Positions 48,433 to 58,492 of a stretch of DNA of 64,000 bases are shown here, piece by piece. Origin of the DNA: Patescibacteria group bacterium (lineage in GTDB: Bacteria > Patescibacteriota > Patescibacteriia > WFTA01 > S139-112); contig WFTB01000006.1 in assembly GCA_015485695.1 (NCBI GenBank), positions 14,334-78,333 of the forward strand, written 5' to 3'. The notes below the pieces were generated by a model. The model saw only the letters and a program-made list of their open reading frames with translations, was not told the DNA's origin and made no database searches. The position numbers and the translations under genes are program-made. The first letter of the stretch is position 1. The number at the start of each line of letters is the position of its first letter.

Positions 48433-50055
48433 ATGAACCTGTTTGATATCACGAGAGAATTTGTGGAAGAGGTGTTCGGTTCACAAGACATAACTCGATA
48501 TTTCGATCGTTGCGTGTATTGGGTTGAGCGCTTGTACCCGGACGCGGACGATGCTATGCTAATCGCGGCGATTGCGGGTGAGATAAATGGAGCGTATTAC
48601 GGAACGAGTTATCATAATTCGAAAAAAGCCATGACCGGGTTGAATTCACTTAAACGGATTAAACAACATCGCCAAGAGAGTGCCAGGATAGTAAATGACT
48701 TTCTAAGCAGACATTCCGCGAGCGAAGATTTGATTTCGAGAGTGCACGATTTGATTGTGGGATACGATGACGGACTTGATAGGGAATATGAAGTATTAAG
48801 AAACGCCAATTCAATGGCGTATTTTGAAACCCGGGCAATACCCTTTATACGAACATTTACTCCGATGATAGGCAAAAAAGATGTGGCGGAAACACTTTTG
48901 AGAATCGCAAATCAAGCCGAATCTTCGGAAATTAAAGATGACATCCGGCTTATGTACGAAAACGCGAAATATGAACTTGAAAAATTCGTTGTTAAGATAT
49001 CAGTAGTGGTTTTGACGTTTAATTCAGAAAAATATTTACCGGACTTATTGGAATCATTATCAAAAACCGATTGGCCCGAGTGCGAGTGGGAAATAATTTT
49101 TGTCGACAATGATTCGAAAGACCGAACATTGGAAATCTTGGAAAACACCGACTATCATGTCATACGAAATGAAAAGAATCTAGGATTTGCGGAAGGGAAC
49201 AATGTCGGAATAAGATACGCTTTGCACAAAGGCTCGGATTATGTGGTCTTACTCAATGACGACACAGTTGTGACCGAGAGTTGGATTCAGGAAATGTATT
49301 TCGCTCATAAGCAATACGAAGATGCGGGTGCTGTGCAGCCGCTTTTATTATATTGGGACGACAAAGACAAGGTAAACAGCTGGGGAAATTATATTCATTT
49401 TTTGGGATTCGGATTCGCGGGAGGAAATTTGCAATCTCGCAAACAACTCGAGGACAGGCCTCGCATATATCCGGTTTCGTATTGCAGCGGCGCGGCGGTT
49501 ATGTATTCGGGGAACGCTCTTAAAAAGGCGGGTTTATTTGACAAGACTTTGGAGAGCTATCATGAGGACCTTGATATCGCGCTTAAAATGCGTCTATACG
49601 GATATCGAGCATATACTACACTCAATGCGATTGTGTACCATAAGTATAAGTTTCTCAAGTCAAACAAATCATTGAAAGGAAATTACAAATACTATCTCAT
49701 GGAACGCAACAGAATCGTGACTCTGCTTCGGTATTATAAGTTTAGAACTTTATGCCTAATATTTCCGATGTGGCTTGTTATGGAAATCGGAACGTTCTCT
49801 TTTTCGATCTTTAGAGGGTTTTGGAAAAGCAAAGTTAAAGCATATGTGTGGGTTGCTCGAAATTGGGATTATATAATGGAAGAAAGAGGTTTGGTGAAGC
49901 GCCTGCGAAGGGACCATAAAATTTCAGAATACGAATTCGCGGAAGATTTTGTAAGTGAAATAAGTTTTCAGGAGATAGACAATCCGATTCTCAAGTACAT
50001 AGGAAATCCCATAACGAAAGTTTATTGGGAGTTCGTCAAAACATTATTAAAATGA
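48433..50055 (+). CDS. Fusion: DUF4202/HD-like domain + GT2 glycosyltransferase
   Basis: N-part YWVERLYPDADDAMLIAAIAGEI...LRNANSMAYFE resembles DUF4202; C-part ISVVVLTFN, FVDNDSKD, NLGFAEGNNVG, LLNDD, YHEDLD is GT2 (rhamnosyltransferase-like). Confidence 0.8.
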   Translation: MNLFDITREFVEEVFGSQDITRYFDRCVYWVERLYPDADDAMLIAAIAGEINGAYYGTSYHNSKKAMTGLNSLKRIKQHRQESARIVNDFLSRHSASEDLISRVHDLIVGYDDGLDREYEVLRNANSMAYFETRAIPFIRTFTPMIGKKDVAETLLRIANQAESSEIKDDIRLMYENAKYELEKFVVKISVVVLTFNSEKYLPDLLESLSKTDWPECEWEIIFVDNDSKDRTLEILENTDYHVIRNEKNLGFAEGNNVGIRYALHKGSDYVVLLNDDTVVTESWIQEMYFAHKQYEDAGAVQPLLLYWDDKDKVNSWGNYIHFLGFGFAGGNLQSRKQLEDRPRIYPVSYCSGAAVMYSGNALKKAGLFDKTLESYHEDLDIALKMRLYGYRAYTTLNAIVYHKYKFLKSNKSLKGNYKYYLMERNRIVTLLRYYKFRTLCLIFPMWLVMEIGTFSFSIFRGFWKSKVKAYVWVARNWDYIMEERGLVKRLRRDHKISEYEFAEDFVSEISFQEIDNPILKYIGNPITKVYWEFVKTLLK

Positions 50056-50072
50056 CTCGCAATTGTAAAATT

Positions 50073-51224
50073 ATGAAGATTATTCATGTATCTCCGGTGT
50101 TCGATCCTTACATGTCGGGGATTTCCAATGTTGTCCATCAACAAGCTCGCTACATAGCGTCGCGCGGTCATGATGTATCCGTATTAACGCCAAGATATAA
50201 CAGAAAATGGAAGTCTGAAGAAATCATTGACGGCATAAGCGTCATGCGCTTCAATCCAATCGTTCAAATGGGTAACGCCGCTTTTACTCCTGGTATGATT
50301 TACACTATGAGTTCTTTGCTTGATGGCGACGCCGTTGTCCAGCTTCACCTTCCTTTTTTCGGGGCTTATGAGTGGCTTTGGTTTTTTAGAAAATTCGGAT
50401 TGTTAAAAAACAAAAAAATGGTAATCTTATACCACCACGACCCTCAATTGACCGGATTGACGCGTTTATTGGGAATACCGTCAAAGTTTGTGTTCAAGTC
50501 ATTGATGGGTTCATCCGATGCGGTTATCGTAAGCTCCGCGGATTACGCCAAAAATTCCGATATCGCTCCGATTATAAACAACGTTAATTTAAAGCAGATA
50601 CCTTTCGGGGTTGATACCGAGCGGTTTGCTCCGAAAGAAAAAAAGCAAATTTACAAAGAAGAAAAATATGTTGAAATTCTTTTCGTTGGCGCTATGGACA
50701 AGGCGCATCATTTCAAAGGAGTCGATGTTCTGTTGCGCGCATTAAGTAAAATAAAGTTTAACGACAATAATATAGCGCGACATAAACTCAAGCTTGTCGG
50801 AGACGGCGACTTGTTGAATGAGTATGTGAAAATGTCAAAAGAGCTCGGAATAGACGACAGAGTCGAGTTTGCTGGATTTGTATCCGAAGGCGAAAAGGAA
50901 ATTTGTTATGCTAATGCCGATTTGCTGGTATTTCCTTCAACCGGAAAAGCGGAAGCGTTTGGTATGGTGGCTCTGGAGGGCATGAGCGCCGGGCTTCCCG
51001 TGATAGCGAGTGATTTACCCGGAGTCCGTTCCCTTATAGGGAGAGATGATATGTTGGTTGAGCCCGGTGATGTTGACGCGCTTTCCCGTAAAATCAGTGA
51101 GTTGATAAACAATCACGATGAGCGCCTTATTATAGGAATGCAAAACAGAAAACGAGTGCTTGATCGCTATTCGTGGGAAAAAGTGACGGACAAGCTTGAG
51201 AGTTTGTATTGTGATTTGAAATAA
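50073..51224 (+). CDS. GT4 family glycosyltransferase
   Basis: GHDVSV, IPFGVD, FVGAMD..HHFKGVD, EAFGMVALEGMSAGLPVIAS. Confidence 0.93.
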   Translation: MKIIHVSPVFDPYMSGISNVVHQQARYIASRGHDVSVLTPRYNRKWKSEEIIDGISVMRFNPIVQMGNAAFTPGMIYTMSSLLDGDAVVQLHLPFFGAYEWLWFFRKFGLLKNKKMVILYHHDPQLTGLTRLLGIPSKFVFKSLMGSSDAVIVSSADYAKNSDIAPIINNVNLKQIPFGVDTERFAPKEKKQIYKEEKYVEILFVGAMDKAHHFKGVDVLLRALSKIKFNDNNIARHKLKLVGDGDLLNEYVKMSKELGIDDRVEFAGFVSEGEKEICYANADLLVFPSTGKAEAFGMVALEGMSAGLPVIASDLPGVRSLIGRDDMLVEPGDVDALSRKISELINNHDERLIIGMQNRKRVLDRYSWEKVTDKLESLYCDLK

Positions 51225-51225
51225 T

Positions 51226-52236
51226 ATGACAATAACGCACCGCAGGATAATATACATTGTATTTTTCGCCATCTTTTTCATAATCGGTCCCCTTATTGTT
51301 TTGTACGCGACGGGATACAGATATAACGCTCGCATCGGCACGATACAAAGAACCGGAGCGATTATGATTGATGTTATTCCCGGAGACGTTTCGGTAAGTC
51401 TTGACGGCGCGGAGATAGACAATGTAGATATTGTGGATAAGTCAATACGATTAACTCGTTTGATCCCCAAAGAATACGAGATAACGTTAAAAAAAGACGG
51501 ATACTATGATTGGAGCGCGCGAACGTATGTCGGACCGTCGGATTCGGTGTTCTTCAGAAACGTTCGTCTTTTCAGAGATGAAAATTTGCCGATATTTATA
51601 GGTAATGCCGATTCTGTCGTTCCGAATCGCAAATTCACCGCGACAACCACAAGCGAACTAATAAAGAACCAATCATTGAAAATTAAGCAAGATACCGATA
51701 GAGGCGTGTTGAAAATTGAGGTCGACAAGTCTGGCAATGATATTGAATTGGGAGTCGTTCCGCACGCGGAATATGAGTTTTATGATTCGCCGGACAATTG
51801 GATTGTTTTTCGAGACAGGAGCGCGCGTACATTGTATGTATATGAAATGCCAGAGGAAGGGTCGACAGGAAGGAAATACGCGATTCCGGACGTTTATGGA
51901 TTTGATTGGTCGAAAGACGAACGTTTTTTGATGTATCATAACAATTTCGAACTGTGGACATTGGATGTATTGACGGGACGTCAGAATCTGATAACTCGAA
52001 GGTCTTCCGGTATTGATTACGCAATTTGGTATCCTTCCGGAAATTATGTAATTTATTATTCTGGGGATGTCGTTCGTATCAGGGAAATAAATTTTTACGG
52101 AGAGACTACGGTTTCGTATAATCTCGCAAAATTGCCGAATGTGTCCGATATGCGCGTGGATCCCGAAGGTAAAGACCTGTATTTGCGAGCCGATGTCGGG
52201 AATAAAGACGGATGGTTTATTCGCAAAATGCAATAG
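51226..52236 (+). CDS. Membrane-anchored PEGA domain protein with beta-propeller-like C-terminus
   Basis: TM then YATGYR...TGAIMIDVIP...LIPKEYEITLKKDGYYDW (PEGA); WSKD and WYPSG repeats. Confidence 0.8.
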   Translation: MTITHRRIIYIVFFAIFFIIGPLIVLYATGYRYNARIGTIQRTGAIMIDVIPGDVSVSLDGAEIDNVDIVDKSIRLTRLIPKEYEITLKKDGYYDWSARTYVGPSDSVFFRNVRLFRDENLPIFIGNADSVVPNRKFTATTTSELIKNQSLKIKQDTDRGVLKIEVDKSGNDIELGVVPHAEYEFYDSPDNWIVFRDRSARTLYVYEMPEEGSTGRKYAIPDVYGFDWSKDERFLMYHNNFELWTLDVLTGRQNLITRRSSGIDYAIWYPSGNYVIYYSGDVVRIREINFYGETTVSYNLAKLPNVSDMRVDPEGKDLYLRADVGNKDGWFIRKMQ

Positions 52237-52272
52237 TTAATAATCATTTTTTGAAATCTCTAACGTATTTAT

Positions 52273-52944
52273 ATGAACATACTGATAGTGGAAGACAATA
52301 AACATATGGTTCGTCTGATGCAAACGGGCTTAAAGGAACAAGGCGTGGTGTCTGATGCCGTTCATGATTCTCATGAAGCTCTGGCAAGGATAGAGAGTTT
52401 CGATTATGACCTTATCATATTGGATATAATGCTTCCCGGCGACATGAACGGTTTCGATGTTTGTCGCAAATTGCGAAAACACGGTATAGAAACTCCGATA
52501 ATAATGGTAACGGCGCGCGAATCCATTCAAGACAGGATAACGGGCCTGGATGCCGGAGCGGACGACTATTTGCCCAAGCCTTTTTCTCTCGATGAATTGA
52601 TGGCAAGAATCAGGGCTCTTGTTCGCAGGGGCCGTTCTTTGGATCAGCCGATACTCGAGGTTGGGGATTTGATTCTTGATCCGGCGAAGCATACCGTTGA
52701 ACGCGCGAATAGGTCAATAAAACTGTCAAAAAAAGAATTCAGATTGCTTGAATACCTTATGCGCAACAAAGACCGAGTCGTATCGCGTACAGTTTTGATT
52801 GAACACATCTGGGGATATAATATCGACTATAGCAGTAAGGTTGTTGACGTTTATATAAATTACCTCAGAAAAAAAATAGACGGAAAACACGACAAAAAAC
52901 TGATACATACCGTACGTGGCGTTGGATATATGATTAAAAGCTAG
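52273..52944 (+). CDS. OmpR/PhoB family response regulator
   Basis: ILIVED, LDIMLP, GLDAGADDYLPKPF, VDVYINYLRKKID, HTVRGVGY. Confidence 0.96.
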   Translation: MNILIVEDNKHMVRLMQTGLKEQGVVSDAVHDSHEALARIESFDYDLIILDIMLPGDMNGFDVCRKLRKHGIETPIIMVTARESIQDRITGLDAGADDYLPKPFSLDELMARIRALVRRGRSLDQPILEVGDLILDPAKHTVERANRSIKLSKKEFRLLEYLMRNKDRVVSRTVLIEHIWGYNIDYSSKVVDVYINYLRKKIDGKHDKKLIHTVRGVGYMIKS

Positions 52945-53030
52945 GGTGGTGAGCCTCTAAGCGAGCCGATTGAGCGAGAGATTTGCGTATTCCCGTTCGT
53001 TATGCGATTTACAATCTGTGATTTTGTATT

Positions 53031-53990
53031 ATGGTTTCAATAACCGACCCGTTTAAAGCCATTGCAACCTGGTTTTCCACCAGTAGTAAGGGAAAGGAAA
53101 TAATCACAATCCTCGAACAAATATCGAAGGGTAATTTTTCGTACAAAGTCAAAATACCGAGTGGCAAGGAAGATGATGAACATATTCAGATATTAAAGGG
53201 TTTGGAACTTACCCTAAGAGAGCTTGAAAAACTAGATAAACGTGAAAAGAGAAGGCACAAACAAATGACAAAAGCGAATAAGCAATTAAAGCAATTGGAC
53301 AAAAACAAGCGTGAATTCATCGAACTTGCGTCACATCAGCTAAAGACTCCTTTGGCGTCTCTTAGATTGGGGCTCGATGTCCTCGAACGAAGCTCTCGCA
53401 ATTGGTCCGACCGAGACAAGCAAGTTTTTAGTGAAGTTAAACACAGCTATGATCACATGGCCAAACTCGTTGAATCTCTTCTAGAGACCGTACGCATAGA
53501 TGAGCGCGCGAATATGCAACCGAAATGTCAATTAAACAGCGCGCATAATATTTTTACAATCATGGAAAAGCAATTCCGGTCGAGGTTTGAGGCAAAGGGG
53601 TTGGAGTTAATCGTGGAATATCCGATTGAATCATTGCGAATTCGCACGGATGCGGGATTCGTGGTTGAGATTTTGCAAAACCTGTTGGAGAACGCTCTCA
53701 AATACACAAAGATAGGAATCGTGAGGCTTGAGATAACGGAAATGAAAAACGTCGTTGAATTCAGAGTTGCGGACACTGGCATAGGAATACCGGCTCTCGA
53801 ACAATCTCGAGCGTTCGAGAAACTGTTTCGCGCAAGCAACGTAAAAGACGAGTCCGATGTCGGCTCAGGTCTCGGTTTGTATTACACTCAACAATTGGTT
53901 AAACGTCTAAAAGGCAAAATATGGTTTGAGTCCGAAGAGGGAAATGGGTCCGTGTTTTACGTTCGAATACCGAAAGATTGTGTCACTTGA
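53031..53990 (+). CDS. Histidine kinase (HAMP-like, HisKA, HATPase) without TM sensor
   Basis: ASHQLKTPL H-box, NLLENALKYT, VADTGIGIP, FEKLFRA, GSGLGL. Confidence 0.92.
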   Translation: MVSITDPFKAIATWFSTSSKGKEIITILEQISKGNFSYKVKIPSGKEDDEHIQILKGLELTLRELEKLDKREKRRHKQMTKANKQLKQLDKNKREFIELASHQLKTPLASLRLGLDVLERSSRNWSDRDKQVFSEVKHSYDHMAKLVESLLETVRIDERANMQPKCQLNSAHNIFTIMEKQFRSRFEAKGLELIVEYPIESLRIRTDAGFVVEILQNLLENALKYTKIGIVRLEITEMKNVVEFRVADTGIGIPALEQSRAFEKLFRASNVKDESDVGSGLGLYYTQQLVKRLKGKIWFESEEGNGSVFYVRIPKDCVT

Positions 53991-54308
53991 TTATGATTGA
54001 AAGTTTAAAAACGAAGATTCTCAAAGCGAGTCGATCAAATCAGAGCCGTGTTAAGTATTGTTTCTGTGGCGAGCGCGTCTTGCCGGTCCGTATACAGTCT
54101 ATTGAATTTTGCGGGAAATATGATATCCTCTTCTGGTAAAGTGTTTCGGCTTGTTTTATACAGAATTGTTTTATCGGATTTTTTTGCAAATGGACAAATT
54201 ATCCGGAAACCGTTTAAATCGCATTTACGGGAAAAATCATATGTTTTGAAAGGTTTCTAGGATTGCTTTGGGATATCCACAGGCTAAATGTTCGATTGCT
54301 CTATTTTT

Positions 54309-54382
54309 GCCACCTTAGCTCAGCTGGCCAGAGCAATTCCTTCGTAAGGAAGAGGTCCCGAGTTCGAATCTCGGAGGTGGCT
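54309..54382 (+). tRNA. tRNA-Thr (anticodon CGT)
   Basis: Acceptor GCCACCT/AGGTGGC, D-arm GCTC/GAGC, anticodon loop TTCGTAA, T-arm CCGAG-TTCGAAT-CTCGG; CCA not encoded. Confidence 0.95.
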
Positions 54383-54618
54383 CAGGTATGCGGTTTTACA
54401 AAAAAACTTCGTTTGACAATATAATGTCCGATTTTGGATATTCACAATCGCGGGTGCACAATATTTCAAATATGTGCTAAACTTTTCGGGACGATAATTC
54501 GTATAATTCCGTCTTACAATATTACAAGTATCTGTGCCGGTCGGCTCGTTAATGTTTGACAATCAAACGTTTCGTCCGTATTTTGACGAAAATTCAAGGC
54601 CGGACACTTTGAACGATT

Positions 54619-55773
54619 ATGCTTGAAACATCGCATAGAGGGAGAGGTAAAATTTTACAATTTGTATTATCGGCAGGCGTGAGCGTGCTTTTTTTGGTGC
54701 CTTTTTATTCCGTATCTGCGTCAGTCGAGAATGCGGTCGAGGTAGCGAGATTGAGGCTGGATGCCGAAACGATAACAAAAGGATATACGGTTGAGTCTCC
54801 GGACAAGAACCTTAAAGTCGGAGTCGTTGATGGAGCGGTTACCGTTCCGGTCGAGGTTGCGTTGAAGAAAATACCGGTGTCGCATTTTCCCGATGAATCG
54901 GAAACGTCGAAAAAGGTAAGCGATATCCTCGAATACGATATTCGCTATATGTCGGAGAGCGGAGAGACCGAACCGTTGAAAGTTTTGGAAAAGCCGGTCT
55001 ATATAGCTATCAAATACAACATAGATTCGATAAACAAAAAAGTGGTGCATTATTGGAACAAACCTACGCAAGAATGGGTCCCGTTGCCGTCTACTACCGA
55101 TTTTGAAAATAAGTTGGTTCGAGCGGTTTCGTATTTTCCATATTCGCGCTTGGCAGTATTTGACGACGAGTACGTATATGAAGGCCCCGCGAGTTGGTAT
55201 GTTTCGGGATTTCATTGCGATTGCGCCGCTTCTCCGATATACATGCGCAAAACAAAGTTAAAAGTTACAAACATATCCGCCAGAAGTCCGAAAAGGGGAG
55301 CGTCCATGGTTATAAGAGTTAACGATTACGGTCCGGACCCGAATATACACCCTGACCGTCCGATAGATCTTGACAAGGTCGCGTTCGCGAAACTGGCTTC
55401 TTCGGTGGGATCCGGATTGATGATGGTTCGCGTTGAGCCTGTCGATATTAATAATGCGAAAAAATACTCATGGGTTCTCGAGTCCGAAGCAAGTCGTCTT
55501 GCAGTAAAATCGGGCGCGAAAGAGTCTGAAACGGCGATTAAAAACTCTCCTTCGGAGCCGTCAAACGATTCGCCGAAAATCAAGACGGCGGATTCGGAAG
55601 AAAAATCTACTGAACAAAACCTTGGTATTTCCGAGTGGGGTATTGTCGATTTGGGGAGTGAAAACGTCGGTGACAATGACGCAATTATCAAAAAATCGGA
55701 TATTAAATTCAAATCGGATTTTGATTCGGAAATCGTATTGAATAATAGCGATTCCACAGGTGACTCCGGTTAA
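54619..55773 (+). CDS. Exported protein with RlpA-like double-psi beta-barrel (lytic transglycosylase-like) domain
   Basis: Signal peptide; GPASWY...AAS...KLKVTN...IRVNDYGP...RPIDLDKVAFAKLA; adjacent to murF. Confidence 0.82.
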   Translation: MLETSHRGRGKILQFVLSAGVSVLFLVPFYSVSASVENAVEVARLRLDAETITKGYTVESPDKNLKVGVVDGAVTVPVEVALKKIPVSHFPDESETSKKVSDILEYDIRYMSESGETEPLKVLEKPVYIAIKYNIDSINKKVVHYWNKPTQEWVPLPSTTDFENKLVRAVSYFPYSRLAVFDDEYVYEGPASWYVSGFHCDCAASPIYMRKTKLKVTNISARSPKRGASMVIRVNDYGPDPNIHPDRPIDLDKVAFAKLASSVGSGLMMVRVEPVDINNAKKYSWVLESEASRLAVKSGAKESETAIKNSPSEPSNDSPKIKTADSEEKSTEQNLGISEWGIVDLGSENVGDNDAIIKKSDIKFKSDFDSEIVLNNSDSTGDSG

Positions 55774-55784
55774 AGATGTTTTTC

Positions 55785-57116
55785 ATGCGAGATAAATTAA
55801 AAAAACTTCTATTATCGCTGTTGACGCGCGTATCGAGGAGGATTTTATCCAAATATAATCCGAAGGTTATAGGGATTACAGGTTCATACGGCAAGACATC
55901 CGCTCGTGAGGCGATTTTTGCAGTGCTTAATCGCGAACTTGAAGAGACGGTCAGAATGACGCGCGGAGAGCTTAACGGTGAGTGGGGATTCCATATAGCT
56001 GTTATCGGTTCGGACAATCCGAAGGGGTCGGTTTTGCGTTGGGCTGGAGTATTGTTCAAGGGGATAGATCTTTTGGTTTTTTCAAAGCCGTATCCGGATG
56101 TTTTGCTCATCGAGATGGCCGCCGATAGACCCGGCGATATCGAATACATGGTCGGAATAGTAAAACCGGATATTGTCGTAATGACCGGAATAGGAGCGAC
56201 TCATTTGGAATTTTTCGGGTCAGTGGAAAACGTTGCAAAAGAAAAGTTCAAGCTCATAACCGGAATGAAAGATGGAGGTACGGTTTTGTATAATTCAGAT
56301 GATAAGTTTTTATCGGAGTTCATAAGCACGGTCAACGTTTCTCGTAAAATCGGATTTGGGATTTCGAAAAACGCGGATATAAGGGCGGAACAAATACGTT
56401 TTGAATTATTAGACCTTCCGGATGAGAAATCCACTGCAACTTCCCAGAGTCACATTGGAGGAGTTGGATTTAAAGTATCGATTAATGACAGAGAAATTCA
56501 GGCCTATGTTTCAAATGTTGTCGGAAAATCCCATGTATCCGCCGCGTTATCCGCTATCGCGATTGCCGTTGAATTTGGAATTCCGATGGAGATTGCGGTT
56601 CAGAATTTAAAATCATTCAAAGTCGCTCCGGGAAGAATGCGCCTTATTAGTGGGGTGAAAAATACCATTATAATTGATGATAGTTACAATTCTTCGCCGG
56701 ACGCCGCTATACTTGCTCTGGAGACGCTCGTCGGACTATCCGTATCCGGAGTTACATGGGCGGTAATGGGTGAGATGATGGAACTTGGAGACGCTTCGGA
56801 AACATCGCATATCGGAGTCGGAAAGAGAGTCGCGGAACTTGAAATAGACCATTTGATTACGGTTGGCAGTCCGGCGCACTTTATAGCGCATGGAGCGAGA
56901 GAAAGCGGAATGTCGCCCGATAGAATTTTTGAATTCGATAACAAAGAAAGCGCGGGACGGTTTTTGCAAAGTCGAATAAAGCAAGGTGACCTCATTCTCG
57001 TTAAGGCGTCACGAGGTTTACGGCAAGAAACCCCGGGAACGCGATTCGAGAAGATTGTAAAAGAAATAATGGCGGACCCGAAACAAGCCGACAGCATTCT
57101 TGTCGCGACGCATTGA
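55785..57116 (+). CDS. murF: UDP-N-acetylmuramoyl-tripeptide--D-alanyl-D-alanine ligase
   Basis: GITGSYGKTS, EMAADRPGDI, HLEFFGS, PGRM, IDDSYNSSP, GEMMELG, LVKASRG. Confidence 0.93.
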   Translation: MRDKLKKLLLSLLTRVSRRILSKYNPKVIGITGSYGKTSAREAIFAVLNRELEETVRMTRGELNGEWGFHIAVIGSDNPKGSVLRWAGVLFKGIDLLVFSKPYPDVLLIEMAADRPGDIEYMVGIVKPDIVVMTGIGATHLEFFGSVENVAKEKFKLITGMKDGGTVLYNSDDKFLSEFISTVNVSRKIGFGISKNADIRAEQIRFELLDLPDEKSTATSQSHIGGVGFKVSINDREIQAYVSNVVGKSHVSAALSAIAIAVEFGIPMEIAVQNLKSFKVAPGRMRLISGVKNTIIIDDSYNSSPDAAILALETLVGLSVSGVTWAVMGEMMELGDASETSHIGVGKRVAELEIDHLITVGSPAHFIAHGARESGMSPDRIFEFDNKESAGRFLQSRIKQGDLILVKASRGLRQETPGTRFEKIVKEIMADPKQADSILVATH

Positions 57117-57156
57117 ACAAACCCAAACACCCAATTTAGAACAATTAATCGCGGAT

Positions 57157-57194
57157 AACAAAAAACAAACCCACCACAAGGTTTGTTTTTTGTT
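57157..57194. terminator. Bidirectional terminator between murF and tRNA-Glu
   Basis: Perfect 15-bp inverted repeat AACAAAAAACAAACC / GGTTTGTTTTTTGTT. Confidence 0.75.
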
Positions 57195-57196
57195 TG

Positions 57197-57268
57197 TGAC
57201 CCCACGGGGAGTCGAACCCCGGTTTTCAGCGTGAGAGGCTGACGTCCTAACCACTAGACGATGGGGCC
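57197..57268 (-). tRNA. tRNA-Glu (anticodon CTC)
   Basis: Minus strand GGCCCCA...TCAGC-CTCTCAC-GCTGA...CGGGG-TTCGACT-CCCCG-TGGGGTC-A; CCA not encoded. Confidence 0.95.
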
Positions 57269-57282
57269 AAAAAGGCTTGTGC

Positions 57283-57310
57283 AGTATAGCATAATATTCT
57301 TTCAAATCAA
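57283..57310 (-). promoter_or_regulatory. Promoter of tRNA-Glu
   Basis: Minus strand TTGATT-16 bp-TATACT with TGn extension. Confidence 0.55.
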
Positions 57311-57396
57311 GGGTTTTCGGTTAAACAATCATCGAATTTGCCGTACGCTTATCAGATGGTACAATTAACACATATCACATTAACGATAATCATATT

Positions 57397-58113
57397 ATGC
57401 ATCCGATTTTTATTGATACCGAGACTACAGATACGAGTGAAGACGCTCGACTTGTTCAATTGGCGTATAAAAATTCCGACACCGGAGAAGTGGTAGATGA
57501 ATTGTTCAAGCCTCCGGTTCCGATTAGCGTTGGGGCGATGGCCGTGCACCATATTACCAATGAAATGGTGCAAGACAAGCAATCGTTTGAGATGAGCTTG
57601 CATAGAGAAAAAATACGCGAACTTCTCAGAAACAATATACTCGTCGCGCACAATGCTCGGTTTGATATATCGATTTTGGCAAATGAAGGCGTGGAAACCG
57701 AGCAATACATAGATACGCTTCGCGTATCCAGGCACGTTATAGACAGTGAGCAATATTCTCTTCAGTATCTTCGTTATGAACTTGGTTTGACCATCGATGA
57801 AAATGTCCACGCGCATGACGCGCTTGGAGATATATTGGTTTTGGAAAAACTATACTACAATCTTTCGGATTCTATGAAAGTCAAATACTCTTTGTCGTCC
57901 GATAAGGAAGTTTTGTTGAAAATGGTTGAACTTACTCATCTTCCCGTTCTATTGGATGAATTTAAATTCGGTAAATACAAGGGAGAGAGATTCAAAGACG
58001 TCGCAACGGAAGACCCCGGATATATTCAGTGGCTCTACGATAGCGAAACCAAAAAACCAAAGTCGGAACAAAACGAAGACCTTGTGTATACGCTTAAAAA
58101 TTATTTAGTTTAG
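57397..58113 (+). CDS. DEDDh 3'-5' exonuclease, exonuclease X-like, with C-terminal FGKY (DUF3820-like) domain
   Basis: FIDTETT, AMAVHHIT, VAHNARFD, YSLQYLRY, AHDALGDI, FKFGKYKG...DPGYIQWL. Confidence 0.9.
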   Translation: MHPIFIDTETTDTSEDARLVQLAYKNSDTGEVVDELFKPPVPISVGAMAVHHITNEMVQDKQSFEMSLHREKIRELLRNNILVAHNARFDISILANEGVETEQYIDTLRVSRHVIDSEQYSLQYLRYELGLTIDENVHAHDALGDILVLEKLYYNLSDSMKVKYSLSSDKEVLLKMVELTHLPVLLDEFKFGKYKGERFKDVATEDPGYIQWLYDSETKKPKSEQNEDLVYTLKNYLV

Positions 58114-58492
58114 TGACCTGTTTTCAGGCTTCTTATGCTCTTGTTTGATGTTTTTCGTCGGCGTTTTGTTTCGCGAACTCGGAAGTGTCGCCGATTATAA
58201 AATCCTATGTTAAATACTTGCATGGACATTTTATCAAACACGCAACGCTTCAAAACAATCAAAGCTGGTTTGATTATTTGCTCTAGCACATGCAAGTATT
58301 TTTTATATTGGTCATAAATCTGGTATAATACAAAAACCAAAATCGTTCCGGATTTGTTCTGTGTGTAATTGGTTATTGTGCACTTATCACGCAAGTTTTG
58401 CCGAATTGAGTGTTTTTCGCGGACGCGTAATATTGACCGTTTTTTGTATAGTGTTTTTAAAAATATTTGTTTTTCGAATAAAAGAATAGTCT

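Noticed and set aside
54270-54285. DnaA box / replication origin
   Set aside because: A single imperfect ATATCCACA match, with no cluster of boxes and no dnaA/dnaN nearby.
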